This document shows positions 10,993 to 20,800 of a stretch of DNA of 24,106 nucleotides, in pieces. Each line of letters starts with the position of its first letter. Position 1 is the stretch's first letter. The stretch lies in the NCBI GenBank assembly GCA_010093995.1, contig ML992502.1, positions 2,083,925 to 2,108,030 on the forward strand, written 5' to 3'. A program made the translations under genes and the position numbers. The notes under the pieces were generated by a model. That model was not told the origin of the DNA, made no database searches, and was given only the letters and a program-made list of their open reading frames with translations. This stretch comes from Elsinoe ampelina (Eukaryota).

Positions 10993-12612
10993 ATGGCATA
11001 TAACGGGCGCATGAGCATGGCGCGCAGCTCACAGCAGTCCTCGCAGGGACGGAAGAAGGAAGATGACAGCGACGCTTTCATGACATTGGTACGTTGATTC
11101 CGCCGTCGCATGGTTTGACCTCGCCATTGGAATTCGTTGCGGTCGCATGTGCAAATGCCTCATATCTCCCGCACCCAGCGCAAGCATTCTCTACTACTGA
11201 TCCACTCCATGATTCTGCCAGGTATACTGACATCGCCAGCCTGATCGCGAAATTGCTGGCTGCATATCCGACATTGGCATTCCCTTCAGTGTCTCAGACC
11301 TCCAGAAACCAAATCCGCAACAGATCCAAAAGGTCTTTGAATGGTTCGCCGAACTCCTCCTCAACACGACGCGAGAAGTCGTTGCGCCAGGCATGTCCGC
11401 CGCAGCCTTTGCCATTTCCGGCGACGACGCAGACAGGATCTTCACGGCCGATACAAGAGAGCTGATGGGATTCTTCGTGATGCTGAGGAGACTGTTGGCC
11501 GAGTGTGGTGTCAAGGACTTTACATTCAGCGACCTCTACAAGCCAACGCATCCTCGCCTGGTACGAGTTTTTAGCTACATCATCAACTTCATTCGCTTCC
11601 GGGAATCCCAAACCCCAGTCATCGATCGCCACTTCAACAGCCTCGACGAGACCAAGCGCCGCATCGAATCTCTCTGGTCCGAAAACGAATCCCGCCGCGA
11701 CACGCTCGAAGACATGGAACGCAACAAAGACCGCCTATCCGAAGCCATGCGCGAGAAGGAGCGTCGCAGCCAGGACCTCAAAACCCGCCTCCTCGAACTC
11801 AAAAAAGGCCAAGAACGCGTCGCCGAAAAGCTCGAACGCGCCCGCGCCGAGCAATCCCGCCTCAAACTGGTCCTCGAAGAGCGCAACACCGACCGCATGA
11901 CCATCCGCAAAGAAGTCGAAAAGCTCCGGCCCTACGCCAGCCAATCCCCCGGCCAACTCGAACACCAACTCCGCGAGCTAGGCGACCAACTCGGCCGCGA
12001 GCGCGGCGAGATCGAACGCCTCGAGCGCCGCGACCGCGCCCTGAAAACCAGCCTCGACACGTTCGTCCTCGTCCACGCCGACGTGACGAGCCTCACGCGC
12101 CTGGCGACCGACGTCGCGGAGGAGTTGCGCAAAGAAGAAGAGGAGCTGTCGCGGGCGAACCGGGCGAGGGACGCGTTGAGCGAGCGGAGCAACAACGTGC
12201 GGGACGTGGAGCGGCAGGAGAGGTTCCTGGGGAAGCAGTTGCAGAGTTGGAACGAGCGGACGGAGAAGTTGAGGCGGACGGCCGAGGAGAAGCAGGAGGT
12301 GGCGAGGGTGAGGGTGGAGGAGTTGAGGGGGGTGCATGAGGGGTTGGGGAGGGAGAGGAGGGTGAGGGGGGAGGAGGTGGAGAGGAGGAGGGTGAGGATT
12401 GAGATGGTGGAGAAGAAGGTACGTCTTTGTTTCTTTGTCACTTTGGTGAACGGGGTTGGGGAGATGAGACATGGGATCGTGCTGACTTGTTGCAGATGGC
12501 GGATTTGAAGGATAATATCGAGAATGAGGTCCAGAGTGCGAGGGAGGAGTACATGAAGATGGAGAGCCATATTAAGCTTTATATCACGGAAATGGAGCAG
12601 AGTCTTGTTTGA
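10993..12612 (+). CDS. NUF2: Kinetochore protein Nuf2 (Ndc80 complex), ~463 aa; exons 10993-11088, 11240-12418, 12496-12612
   Basis: CH-domain motifs [29 protein letters not shown] and [34 protein letters not shown], then a long coiled coil ending [17 protein letters not shown]. Introns 11089-11239 and 12419-12495 are canonical. Confidence 0.95.
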
Positions 12613-12689
12613 GACAGGGCGAGAAGGAATGGTCGGTTTCGGTTTTGGTTTTGGATACCCTTCTTCGCTAGTATTTTCTCCCACAGACG

Positions 12690-13478
12690 CTATGATTCAA
12701 CGAATTCGCACCATTTTCCGGCTACCTCTCGGATACTGACTGTTCGTCCTTGCCAGCCTATTTCTCTGCTCGCGGCACCTTTGGCTTTGACGTTGGTGAT
12801 GGGGATTTGTTCGTCCCATGGCGATGGCGTTGCTTGTCGGTTGGTAGCGTCCTCGGCTTCGGCGAAGAGGTCGCCAACGTAGAGCGCTCGAGGGGTTTGT
12901 GGGACGCGGCACTCGGCGATGATCAGTCTTGCTCCAAGGTCATGCGCTGTTGAGACTGCGGCTGCGAAGAACCTGGTGAGTCCTTGTGCGGAGTAGGATC
13001 GGGTGCCGTCGTGTTGCGTGATTGGGTTTAGTACTGCGAGAAGGGGTGGGCCTGGGGAGTCGACGTTGCTGGTGGAGGAGGAGTCGCGCTTCAGTGGTAG
13101 TGAGGCGAGATATGCCAACGTGTGAGGTGTGCTTGGGCAGAAAGCGACCTTGAGTTTGCTGGCGGCGAAGAGCATATACAGAGTTGGTTGTAGGAGAGGG
13201 TGCTCTGCCAGTCTGCTTCTGTCTGCCTCGTCTTCGTCGAAATCTGGGTCGTTCATTTCGATGTCGATAGGCTGGTCTGCAGTGCCATGCTGCTTCGACA
13301 GCTTGTTGTCCGTCACGATGGCGTTGTACAGGAAGTGCATGAAGTCGTCTTTGGAGCTGCAGACGACCAGAGTCGACGACGATGTAGCATGTTTCACTAG
13401 GCTTTCCAGGACTCTGATCAAGGACGCGTCATCGAGTACTACGGACGCCGTGGTGTTCCAAAGTGACGTGCTAGCCAT
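12690..13478 (-). CDS. Conserved fungal hypothetical protein, 262 aa (alpha/beta pattern)
   Basis: Intronless ORF with motifs TLVVCSSKDDF, HPLLQPTL, KVAFCPSTPHTLAYL, SAQGLTRFFAAAV, WDEQIPI and WQGRTVSIREVAGKWCEF, typical of an uncharacterised Pezizomycotina family. Confidence 0.8.
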   Translation of the reverse strand: MASTSLWNTTASVVLDDASLIRVLESLVKHATSSSTLVVCSSKDDFMHFLYNAIVTDNKLSKQHGTADQPIDIEMNDPDFDEDEADRSRLAEHPLLQPTLYMLFAASKLKVAFCPSTPHTLAYLASLPLKRDSSSTSNVDSPGPPLLAVLNPITQHDGTRSYSAQGLTRFFAAAVSTAHDLGARLIIAECRVPQTPRALYVGDLFAEAEDATNRQATPSPWDEQIPITNVKAKGAASREIGWQGRTVSIREVAGKWCEFVES

Positions 13479-13656
13479 TGACGCATGTGGGAAATGTCCG
13501 AGTGAGCTGCTCCGACATTGTGCATCAAGATGGACTACTACCGAGCTGGGATAGCTACAGTATTTTGTTCAATAGCTTTCGTATGGTACCTTGCTTTCCG
13601 TATCGTGCAAAAGAGGACATGACATGAGTGTATGATCGATGTAATGGAGGGGATGA

Positions 13657-13798
13657 TGTTGTAATGGAAGGCTGGTACAGCTTCTCTGGTACTGAAGAAC
13701 TGGCACTGATGAGTCAGCGCACGTACAGTAGATAAATCGGTTACTGTAACTCTCTGAATGAAACACACGTCTCTTGATCCGATTTGCTAGTTATAACA
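13657..13798 (+). repeat. 5' LTR (142 bp) of a Ty1/Copia retrotransposon
   Basis: Begins TGTTGTAA and ends TTATAACA (TTACAACA with one RIP C>T), i.e. short inverted termini TG...CA. It is immediately followed by a copia-type PBS. Confidence 0.75.
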
Positions 13799-13810
13799 GG
13801 TTATAAGCCC
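13799..13810 (+). other. Copia-type primer binding site GGTTATAAGCCC (RIP form of GGTTATGAGCCC)
   Basis: Directly abuts the LTR CA end and matches the GGTTATG(G/A)GCCC PBS used by copia-like elements primed with an initiator tRNA-Met fragment. Confidence 0.75.
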
Positions 13811-14201
13811 GGCGCTTCTATAAAAGCACTTAAAGCTGTAGCAAATTAAGCGTGTTATTATTAAAAGGATTACTAAGCTGCCTATACTAAATTCTAGACT
13901 AGCTATATTAAGACAAACACTTGTAGTAGCCTGTATTAACCCTTTAATCTAATAGCTTAAACGGCTTAAACAAGCTAATTACATTAATTAAATTAATAAG
14001 CCTTTAGCTAATTACTATTATTATATCTAGATTAGCAAAAATGCTTAAGACTTAGATTCTTAAGAGAGAAAGTAACTATAATACTTAGAGATTAACTCTT
14101 AAGGTAGCTCTCCTTAAAAAGGATATACTTAGATATACAATTTATAGCATCGACTAGATACTAGTAGTTATAAAGCCTAAAGAACTAGCTCTAGATACTA
14201 G

Positions 14202-14218
14202 TAGAGTAGTTTTTAGGT
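14202..14218 (+). repeat. Left terminal inverted repeat of the hAT element
   Basis: TAGAGTAGTTTTTAGGT, preceded by the TSD GATACTAG. Confidence 0.9.
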
Positions 14219-14578
14219 TAGGTTAGGTACTAGAATTACTACCTATAACCTAACCTATAGCGATACTAGTACTTAAAGCTTGGTAACTGTAACTCTCTAA
14301 GCCTTAGGTAGTGTTACTTAGCCTTAGGTATATAGTTAGTTATAGTGTTACTTATAACACTACCTAATAGTACCTATAGGTACCTAAGAGTTAAGGAGTA
14401 GATATATATCTTAAGAACTTAAGATTTAGGAATTAAAATTTAAAAGTTAAAGGTTATAATTACATTTATTAATTACGCTAATCTTGCTAGTACCTCCTAT
14501 CTACTCTTATAGCCTACGCCTTACTTACTTATCTACCTTTATAGAATAATTGTCCTTACTATAAACTATCTAATTGTC

Positions 14579-15113
14579 CTAGTTATATATATTAAACTTT
14601 GTATAATAGCGACAAGTAAGCTATAAATCTTTCTAGTTAATAGTAACTTACTTAGCATAAATACAATTAAGGTTCATATCTAAGAATATTAGTATCTATA
14701 ATAGCATTAAATTTAAATAATAGATACCTTCTATATACCTAATAATAAATGCTTCTATTGCTTCCTAAAGTGCTTTAAGAGCTTTAGATTAGATATAAAA
14801 GCTTTTACCTTAATAAACATAGTCTTTAATAATCTTATAGACAAGGTAGCTAAAGAGAAGCTTATAGTAGAGAAGTTTAATTAACTTCTAGTAGCAATAA
14901 ATCTCTCGGAGAGCAATAGCTATATAGTATTAGTAATGTAACATAATAATTAATTGTAATAATTATACTACTAGCCTTAAACTTGTTCTTCTTTCTAGAA
15001 GCAATAGTTATCTTATAAAGTTACTTAGTAGTAGAAGCCTTAGGTCTACTAGACAACTTACTCTTATAACTATAACTATAGGTTAGTACTATAGTACCTC
15101 TCTTAGGAGGTAT
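14579..15113 (-). pseudogene. RIP-mutated histone H3-like gene inside the hAT; exons 15113-14969, 14919-14728, 14679-~14579 (~145 aa)
   Basis: Literal translation: ...RKKNKFKAST IALREIYCY*KLIKLLYYKLLFSYLVYKI...FYI*SKALKAL*EAIEAFIIRYIED MNLNCIYAK*VTIN*KDL*LTCR. Using only C>T/G>A reversions this becomes KFKAGTVALREIRRYQKS.ELL.RKLPFSRLVREI...RIQSEALEALQEATEAF.VG..ED.NLNCIHAKRVTINQKDSQLARR. Two 48-49 nt introns have TACTAAT branch sites. Confidence 0.9.
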
Positions 15114-15751
15114 AGTTACTATTACTACTAAGGATAGAGTCTTAGGAGGTACTTATAATATAAAGTAATCTTATAGTAGTAAGGGTAAGGTAGTAGAGGG
15201 TATAGAAAGTAACGAGGTAGATATAGTAGTAGTATAAAGAAAGATAAGTAGAAAGAGAAGAGGTAAAAGGGATAGAAGAAGAGAAATACGTAATAAGAAG
15301 AGAAATGTATAATAATTTAGTAGCTAGTAATAGCATAGCTAACAATAGGAATATAATATTATAATAGAAATATAAAATTAGTAAATTAGAAATATATAGT
15401 ATATAGAATACTTGCTTATTATAATATTATTTATAATAGTAAAGTATATAATATTAGATTTATTTAAACGCTTAGAAGAAGAGGAATCTAGACATTATAG
15501 AGTACTAATAATAAGTATATAATAATCTAGCGTAATAATACAATACTAATTTAGTATACTATAATTCTTAAAAACCTTACATTTTATATTTTATATTCTA
15601 CCCTAGCTACCTTATTGTTACTTTATACATAGTAGAAGGCTATATTACTCTTCTCTATTCTTCTTCTTCTTCTATTAACTTCCTTTTTTCTTGTCTCTAT
15701 TGCCTTTTTGTTTCTACGCTCTTAAGTTTAACTTTTATATCTTATTTTACT

Positions 15752-17095
15752 ATAGTAACCTCTCTAGATACTTCTATAGCTAATATACCTTCTAATACTT
15801 CTCCTAGTAGCTTTCCTAAGATTAAGAATAAGTTTAATAAGTTTAAAACTATAATAGAGATAATTATTATAGTGTTTTATTACGAGTATTAAGCTAATAG
15901 GTATAGGGCTTTAGGTCTAAGTAGGCTAAAATCAAATACTAGATCCTTTAGTATAGTTAAGGTAGCAAGGCATATCGTAGTTGTCTAACTAGTTTTAAAG
16001 CAGGTTTAAGTAAGCCTTTAAAGTAGAATATTTAGAATATTATACGCTAAGATAAAGATGCTTAATAGTTAGCTAAGGTTAAGGCACTTAAAGTAGCTAG
16101 AGATACTAATTGTAGTATAAAGAGGAATTTGCTTAAGAAGTTTAATATAAATACTTAAGTCTAGAACCTTAGTAAAGAAGCAAAGGTAGAACTCCTTATA
16201 GAAAAGATTAAGGAAATAGAGTAGCGCCGTTTCGACGCCTAGTAAAGCTATATAATTATACTACTATATTATCACATTTAACACTAATAGATTATAGATA
16301 AATAGCTATCTAGCAAGTTTAGAAAAGTCTATGTTAAATAGTAGCGCATTAGAAAATTTGCTATATGTTAAGAGTATATAAAAGTCCTTATAAAGGCAAA
16401 GGTAGCTTATACTACTAAGTCTAGCAAGGAGAATAACATGTTAAGAGTAGCTAAGTAGATATATAGTTCTAGCGGAATTCTCGAGAAGCTTAAGTATAAG
16501 ATCTATATAGCTAGCGCTACTAAGCTTACTATTAATAAAGGTACTAATAAGAATACTAAGAAGAAGTACTTAAAGTTTGTCTAGAAACTTAGTAAGGAGG
16601 GTAGGCTTACTACTATCTCCGATCCTAACTAGTAGTAAGTTCCCTATTATTATTATATATTATTATTACGTTAGTATACTAATAAATAGCAGAGCTTATA
16701 ATTCTATACCTCCGGCTAAGTATTAACTACTCGAGCTAATCTATCTTATAGATAAAGGTAAATATATAAAGCCTAATAACAATAACAAGTGTAAAGAAGT
16801 ATATAAGCTAGACTATAACTCTAAGATTAAGAAACTAGCTAATAAGTATAAGACAGACAAGTAGTATATAGAGTTTAAGAGGTTTTCCTCTAATAAGGAT
16901 AAGATTATTAATAAGAGAGAGAGGGTTAAAGTAGAAAGTTCTTTAGAGGGTAGAGATAAGGAGAAGAATAATAATAAGAATAATAATAAGAATAATAATA
17001 AGGATAATAATAAGGATAATAATAAGAATAATAATAAGGAAAGGGATAAGGAAATAGTCGATGCTAAGGAAGATAAATTTACTAGCTTTAACTAG
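15752..17095 (+). pseudogene. RIP-mutated cargo gene for a ~409 aa acidic protein with a long D/E C-terminal tail; probable exons 15752-16009, 16069-16634, 16690-17095
   Basis: One frame is maintained across introns GTAAGC..TAG (16010-16068) and GTAAGT..TACTAAT..TAG (16635-16689). All internal stops are TAA/TAG. The tail (aag aat/gat aat aat)n de-RIPs to EDDD repeats and ends EEMVDAEEDEFTGFD*. Confidence 0.65.
16960..17040 (+). repeat. 12-bp tandem repeat AAG(A/G)ATAATAAT, about 6 copies; RIP-altered GAG GAT GAT GAT acidic coding tract
   Basis: Directly visible, and in frame with the acidic cargo gene. Confidence 0.8.
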
Positions 17096-17199
17096 TAGAT
17101 TTTCTATACTATAATCAACTACTAAGTAGTTTAATCTATAGTATAGTCCGGCCCTTTTATAGATTTAAGTTTTATAATAAGATCTTTTCCTATATAGCT

Positions 17200-17869
17200 A
17201 CTATTATTATTTATGCTTCTAATTGTTACCTCTAATAATAGTAAATTATCTATATTATTACTTCTAACAATAGATTTCTATTACTATTGTTACTATAAAC
17301 AATAGGAGGTACTAGATATATATACTATCTCGTTCCTATTTATTCTTTTTTCTAAAACCTCTCTTTCTTATTATTATAGCTTCTCATGTATAACTCTATT
17401 CTAACTTAGAAGATCTAATCCTCTATTAGCCTTATACTATAACTTATAGTAACTACGCTAGGCTACTACACTTACGTTAGTATAAAGCTTATATCTACTA
17501 TATAACTAAGTAATTTATTAATAGTAAGGAAAGGTAGACTACTTATATCTATAATAACAATAGAGGCTTCGAACTTTGCTATAAGGCCTATTACTCTTAT
17601 AATACCCCTTATAACTTTATTAGTATTCCTAATCTAATACTACTATATTCTCTAATAAGTATTAGTACGACAGCTTCTAGACTAATAATATTTTTAACCT
17701 TATCGACATATAGCGTACACTTAATCGTTACTATCTTAATCTTATCCGGGATTAGATTACAATCTTTAATATACGCTATAGCGTTAAACGCTAGTAGGAC
17801 AAGCTAGATAATTCTAAATCCTAAGGATCTTAATAGTTCTAATTCTTCTAGTAACTAGTTTAGTAGTAT
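17200..17869 (-). pseudogene. Probable third RIP-mutated cargo gene of unknown function (3' end uncertain)
   Basis: The minus-strand frame from ATA(ATG) at 17869 de-RIPs to MPPNQLPEELEPLRSLGFRIIQLVPPAFDAVAYIEDCNLIPDEI.... Two candidate introns (GT..TACTAAT..TAG and GTAAGT..GCTAAT..TAG) preserve the frame. Confidence 0.45.
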
Positions 17870-18369
17870 AATATAAATAAAGCATTAGCGGGCTAATAGC
17901 TTTAGTAGGTTTTTTATAATATAGATATGCCTTTAATTTTAAAAATTTTCTACTCTACCCTAATATAGACATGCCTTTAATTTTAATTATGTTACCTATT
18001 CCTTAGCCCCTATATAATATAAGTCTAGCCTATAGAAATTAATATACCTCTTACTTTAAAGTTTCTATAGTATAGTATAGGATTTATTATTACATATTAT
18101 AAACACGTTAATAAATATTCTATAATAAGTTATCTACCTTTATTAAATAATATAATCTATACTAATTAACATATCTAGAGCTTCTAACTCTAAGTTAGTA
18201 CTTAACCTATAACTTAGAGATACTATATATTTCTCTCTAGCTATTCTAGCAGAATTACGTAGCTTTATAATCTCCGCTTAGAATGTTAGACGCAATAGTA
18301 GAATACAACAATTATAACTCCTTAAATGCCTGCCTTTTTAATCTAGTAAGAGATTTAAGAATTAACCTC

Positions 18370-20800
18370 TATAATAAGCCTAGAAAGACTAGTAGAGTCG
18401 AATAATTATAGTATCTATATATAAAGAAGGCACGAAAATTGTACTAAATTAGAATTCTAAAGCACGTTCTAGAGGTCTATAGGCAAATATCATAGAAGCT
18501 ACTAAGATTTATAATAGAGAACTATAAGTTATTTATAATAGGTATAGTAATATACTTACTTATTCTACTTACTGTTATACTAGTAATAAAGCAATAGAGA
18601 GACATCTTAAGTCTTAGAAATACACTATAGTTGTTAAGTACTGCTATAAGTAAAGCTCTACCTAAAAAGCCCTTAAGCAATTATAATAGTATATAAAGAG
18701 TATTTACTAAATTATCTCTCTATTCTCTACTAATATCTTCTACTATAAGCTTATTCGTATAGTTACTAACTATAACTAGTCTTTCCGCATAGTTAAGCGT
18801 TCTACCTTTAGCTAATTCCTCTACTTCCTTCGACCTAATATTACTATACCTAGCTAGACTCTTTTTTAAGTAACACTAGTAGTATAATTTAAAAGGTTAT
18901 AAAAATTACTACTCTCTAACCTCGGTAAGAACACTAAGCTTTTAATAGCGTTAGATAGATAGTCTACTAATAACTACTTAGGGTTTATTATAATTAAAGG
19001 CTATTTTATTAATAACTAATAGCAATTACAAGAGTAGCTCCTAGAAATAACACCCCTTTAAGGTTGCTACACTAGTAAAGCTATAGCAAATAAGGTAATA
19101 TAGGTACTAAAAGATGTATCGGTTAAGTAATAACTACTTATAGTTATAGCAGATAATATATTAAATAATAAAACACTCCGAGAGTCTCTCGAAAGAAGCC
19201 TAGGTACACTAGATATTAAGTAGAATATAAAGGAGAATATAATTCTATACCTAGTATATATTATTAATCTTGTTATATAGGACATTATTAAGCATCTAAA
19301 ACTTAAGACAAGCAAAGAGATTAACATAGTAGAGAGGTTATAAAACTACTATATCTAGAATATTATAATATTAGTCTCTGTTCCGAATTTACTATAGAAG
19401 GTATATAACATTTATTACATTGTTTTATTACGTCCTAATATTAGTAAGCTCTATGTAATATATATTATAATTAATAGTTCCCTATAATAGTTTAAACAAT
19501 TTATAGACCTCTAGAAGCATCTACTACCTAAGAAGAGGTACTAAGTTATATATAATGTTAAGACACGCTAGAATTTAACATATAATATATATAAGCAAGT
19601 ATTAAAGCTTAAACCTTTTATTAAGAATTAGCTCGAGAATAAGACTATACTCTAAGTACTAAGAACTTCTTCTAAGGTATTAATATCTAAACTGCTCTCT
19701 AACATTAACAACTATAACTTTACTAAGTTATTACTTAATCCGAATAAGTAGTAGTATCTTAAATCTATTATAGTAATACTAGAGAACTTTAAGAAAGTAA
19801 TAACATAGCTAAGTACTAGTAGCTAACCTCTTCTCTAGCATATATAGACGATGTATAATGTACTCTTTAACTTCTTAGATAAAATTAAAAAAGGCCTAAT
19901 TAGCACTAAGAATTATAACAATCTACCTATATAGCTAGCTACTATATAAAAGGTAGTAGTAAAAGGACAAGAGAAGCTTAAGAAATACTATATATAAACT
20001 AAGGATAGGAAGGACATACTCTATAACTATATAACAATTCTTAACCTCTCTAAGAAGCTTATAGTATATAATATAAGCGCCTATAGTCTTTCTAGTAAGT
20101 AGTAGCTAATAACACTTAGGATATAGAGACTTAGAAACCTTACTATAAAGACAACTATTATAAGAAGTTCTTATAGTACCTTTGTTAGTATAATAAGATA
20201 GACCCCTTAATTGCTTTACTAGCCTCTACCTCTAAGCTATTACGTCACTAGTAACGAGACTAGTTTAACTAACCGAAACGAAAGAAGTAAGATTATACCC
20301 TATTACTATAAAGCGATAGTCTATACTTCTTATTTATTCCCTCGAAGCGTACTATAGTTAAAGAAGGTAAGGACTACCTTACGACACTACTAGTCTATAT
20401 TTAGAAACTCGATGTCTTATAGTAGTAGAAAGAGAAGAAGGAAGAATATCTATTACTATTACGTATAGCAAAAGATATTCTAGTAATTCTAATTATAGGG
20501 GTTAGAGTCGAGTAAGTGTTTAACATTATAAAGAATATTATTAGTGCGCGGAGGCATAAATTAGTAGCCTAAACTATTTAGTAGCTTATAATGTTAAAGT
20601 ATAAGCTTAAAGCAGCTTTACTATTAGGACAAATTAATATAGAACTAGAGATAGAGGATAAGGCTACTAATACTAATAATTTGCTTAAATTGTTATTAAG
20701 GACTAATATAAATTAACTAGACAATATTACTATAGTACTAAGCTATAGTAATAATAACTACTCTAAATTAGAGAGAGAAAGAGTATAGGGAAGTTAATAG
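18370..20800 (+). pseudogene. hAT transposase, RIP-mutated (boundaries approximate)
   Basis: De-RIP motifs: BED-like MERHLKSQKH (~18595), first catalytic D SIALDGWST (~18943), GHFIDNQWQL, second D TADNA (~19146), PCLAHIINL (CxxH, ~19245), DVKTRWNST (~19555), and the hATC dimerisation domain DVLQWWKEKKEEYPLLSRMAKDILAIPIAGVGVERVFN (20411-20524). Confidence 0.92.

Noticed and set aside
11932..12684. 250-aa and other antisense ORFs over NUF2
   Set aside because: By-products of the extreme codon skew in NUF2; the translations are low-complexity with no independent gene signals.
14213..14260. TTAGG/CCTAA runs resembling telomeric repeats (also 21300-21470)
   Set aside because: They are not TTAGGG arrays. 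They lie just inside the hAT TIRs and are better explained as RIP-altered subterminal repeats.
14282..14300. ~17-bp similarity (GGTAACTGTAACTCTCT) to the Copia LTR at 13739-13755
   Set aside because: Too short and isolated to support a second LTR fragment; probably chance.
10993..15113. Functional link between kinetochore NUF2 and the nearby CenH3-like cargo histone
   Set aside because: The histone arrived by nested transposition into a Copia element. Proximity alone gives no evidence of a link, and centromere position cannot be judged from this window.
15142..15345. Hydrophobic 67-aa ORF (and the similar 19067-19327 ORF)
   Set aside because: The Leu/Ile/Tyr richness is an artefact of RIP AT-richness. 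The second ORF is antisense to the transposase.
16960..17040. Short periodic repeat considered as a CRISPR-like or satellite array
   Set aside because: No spacers and a eukaryotic context; it is an in-frame acidic coding tract altered by RIP.
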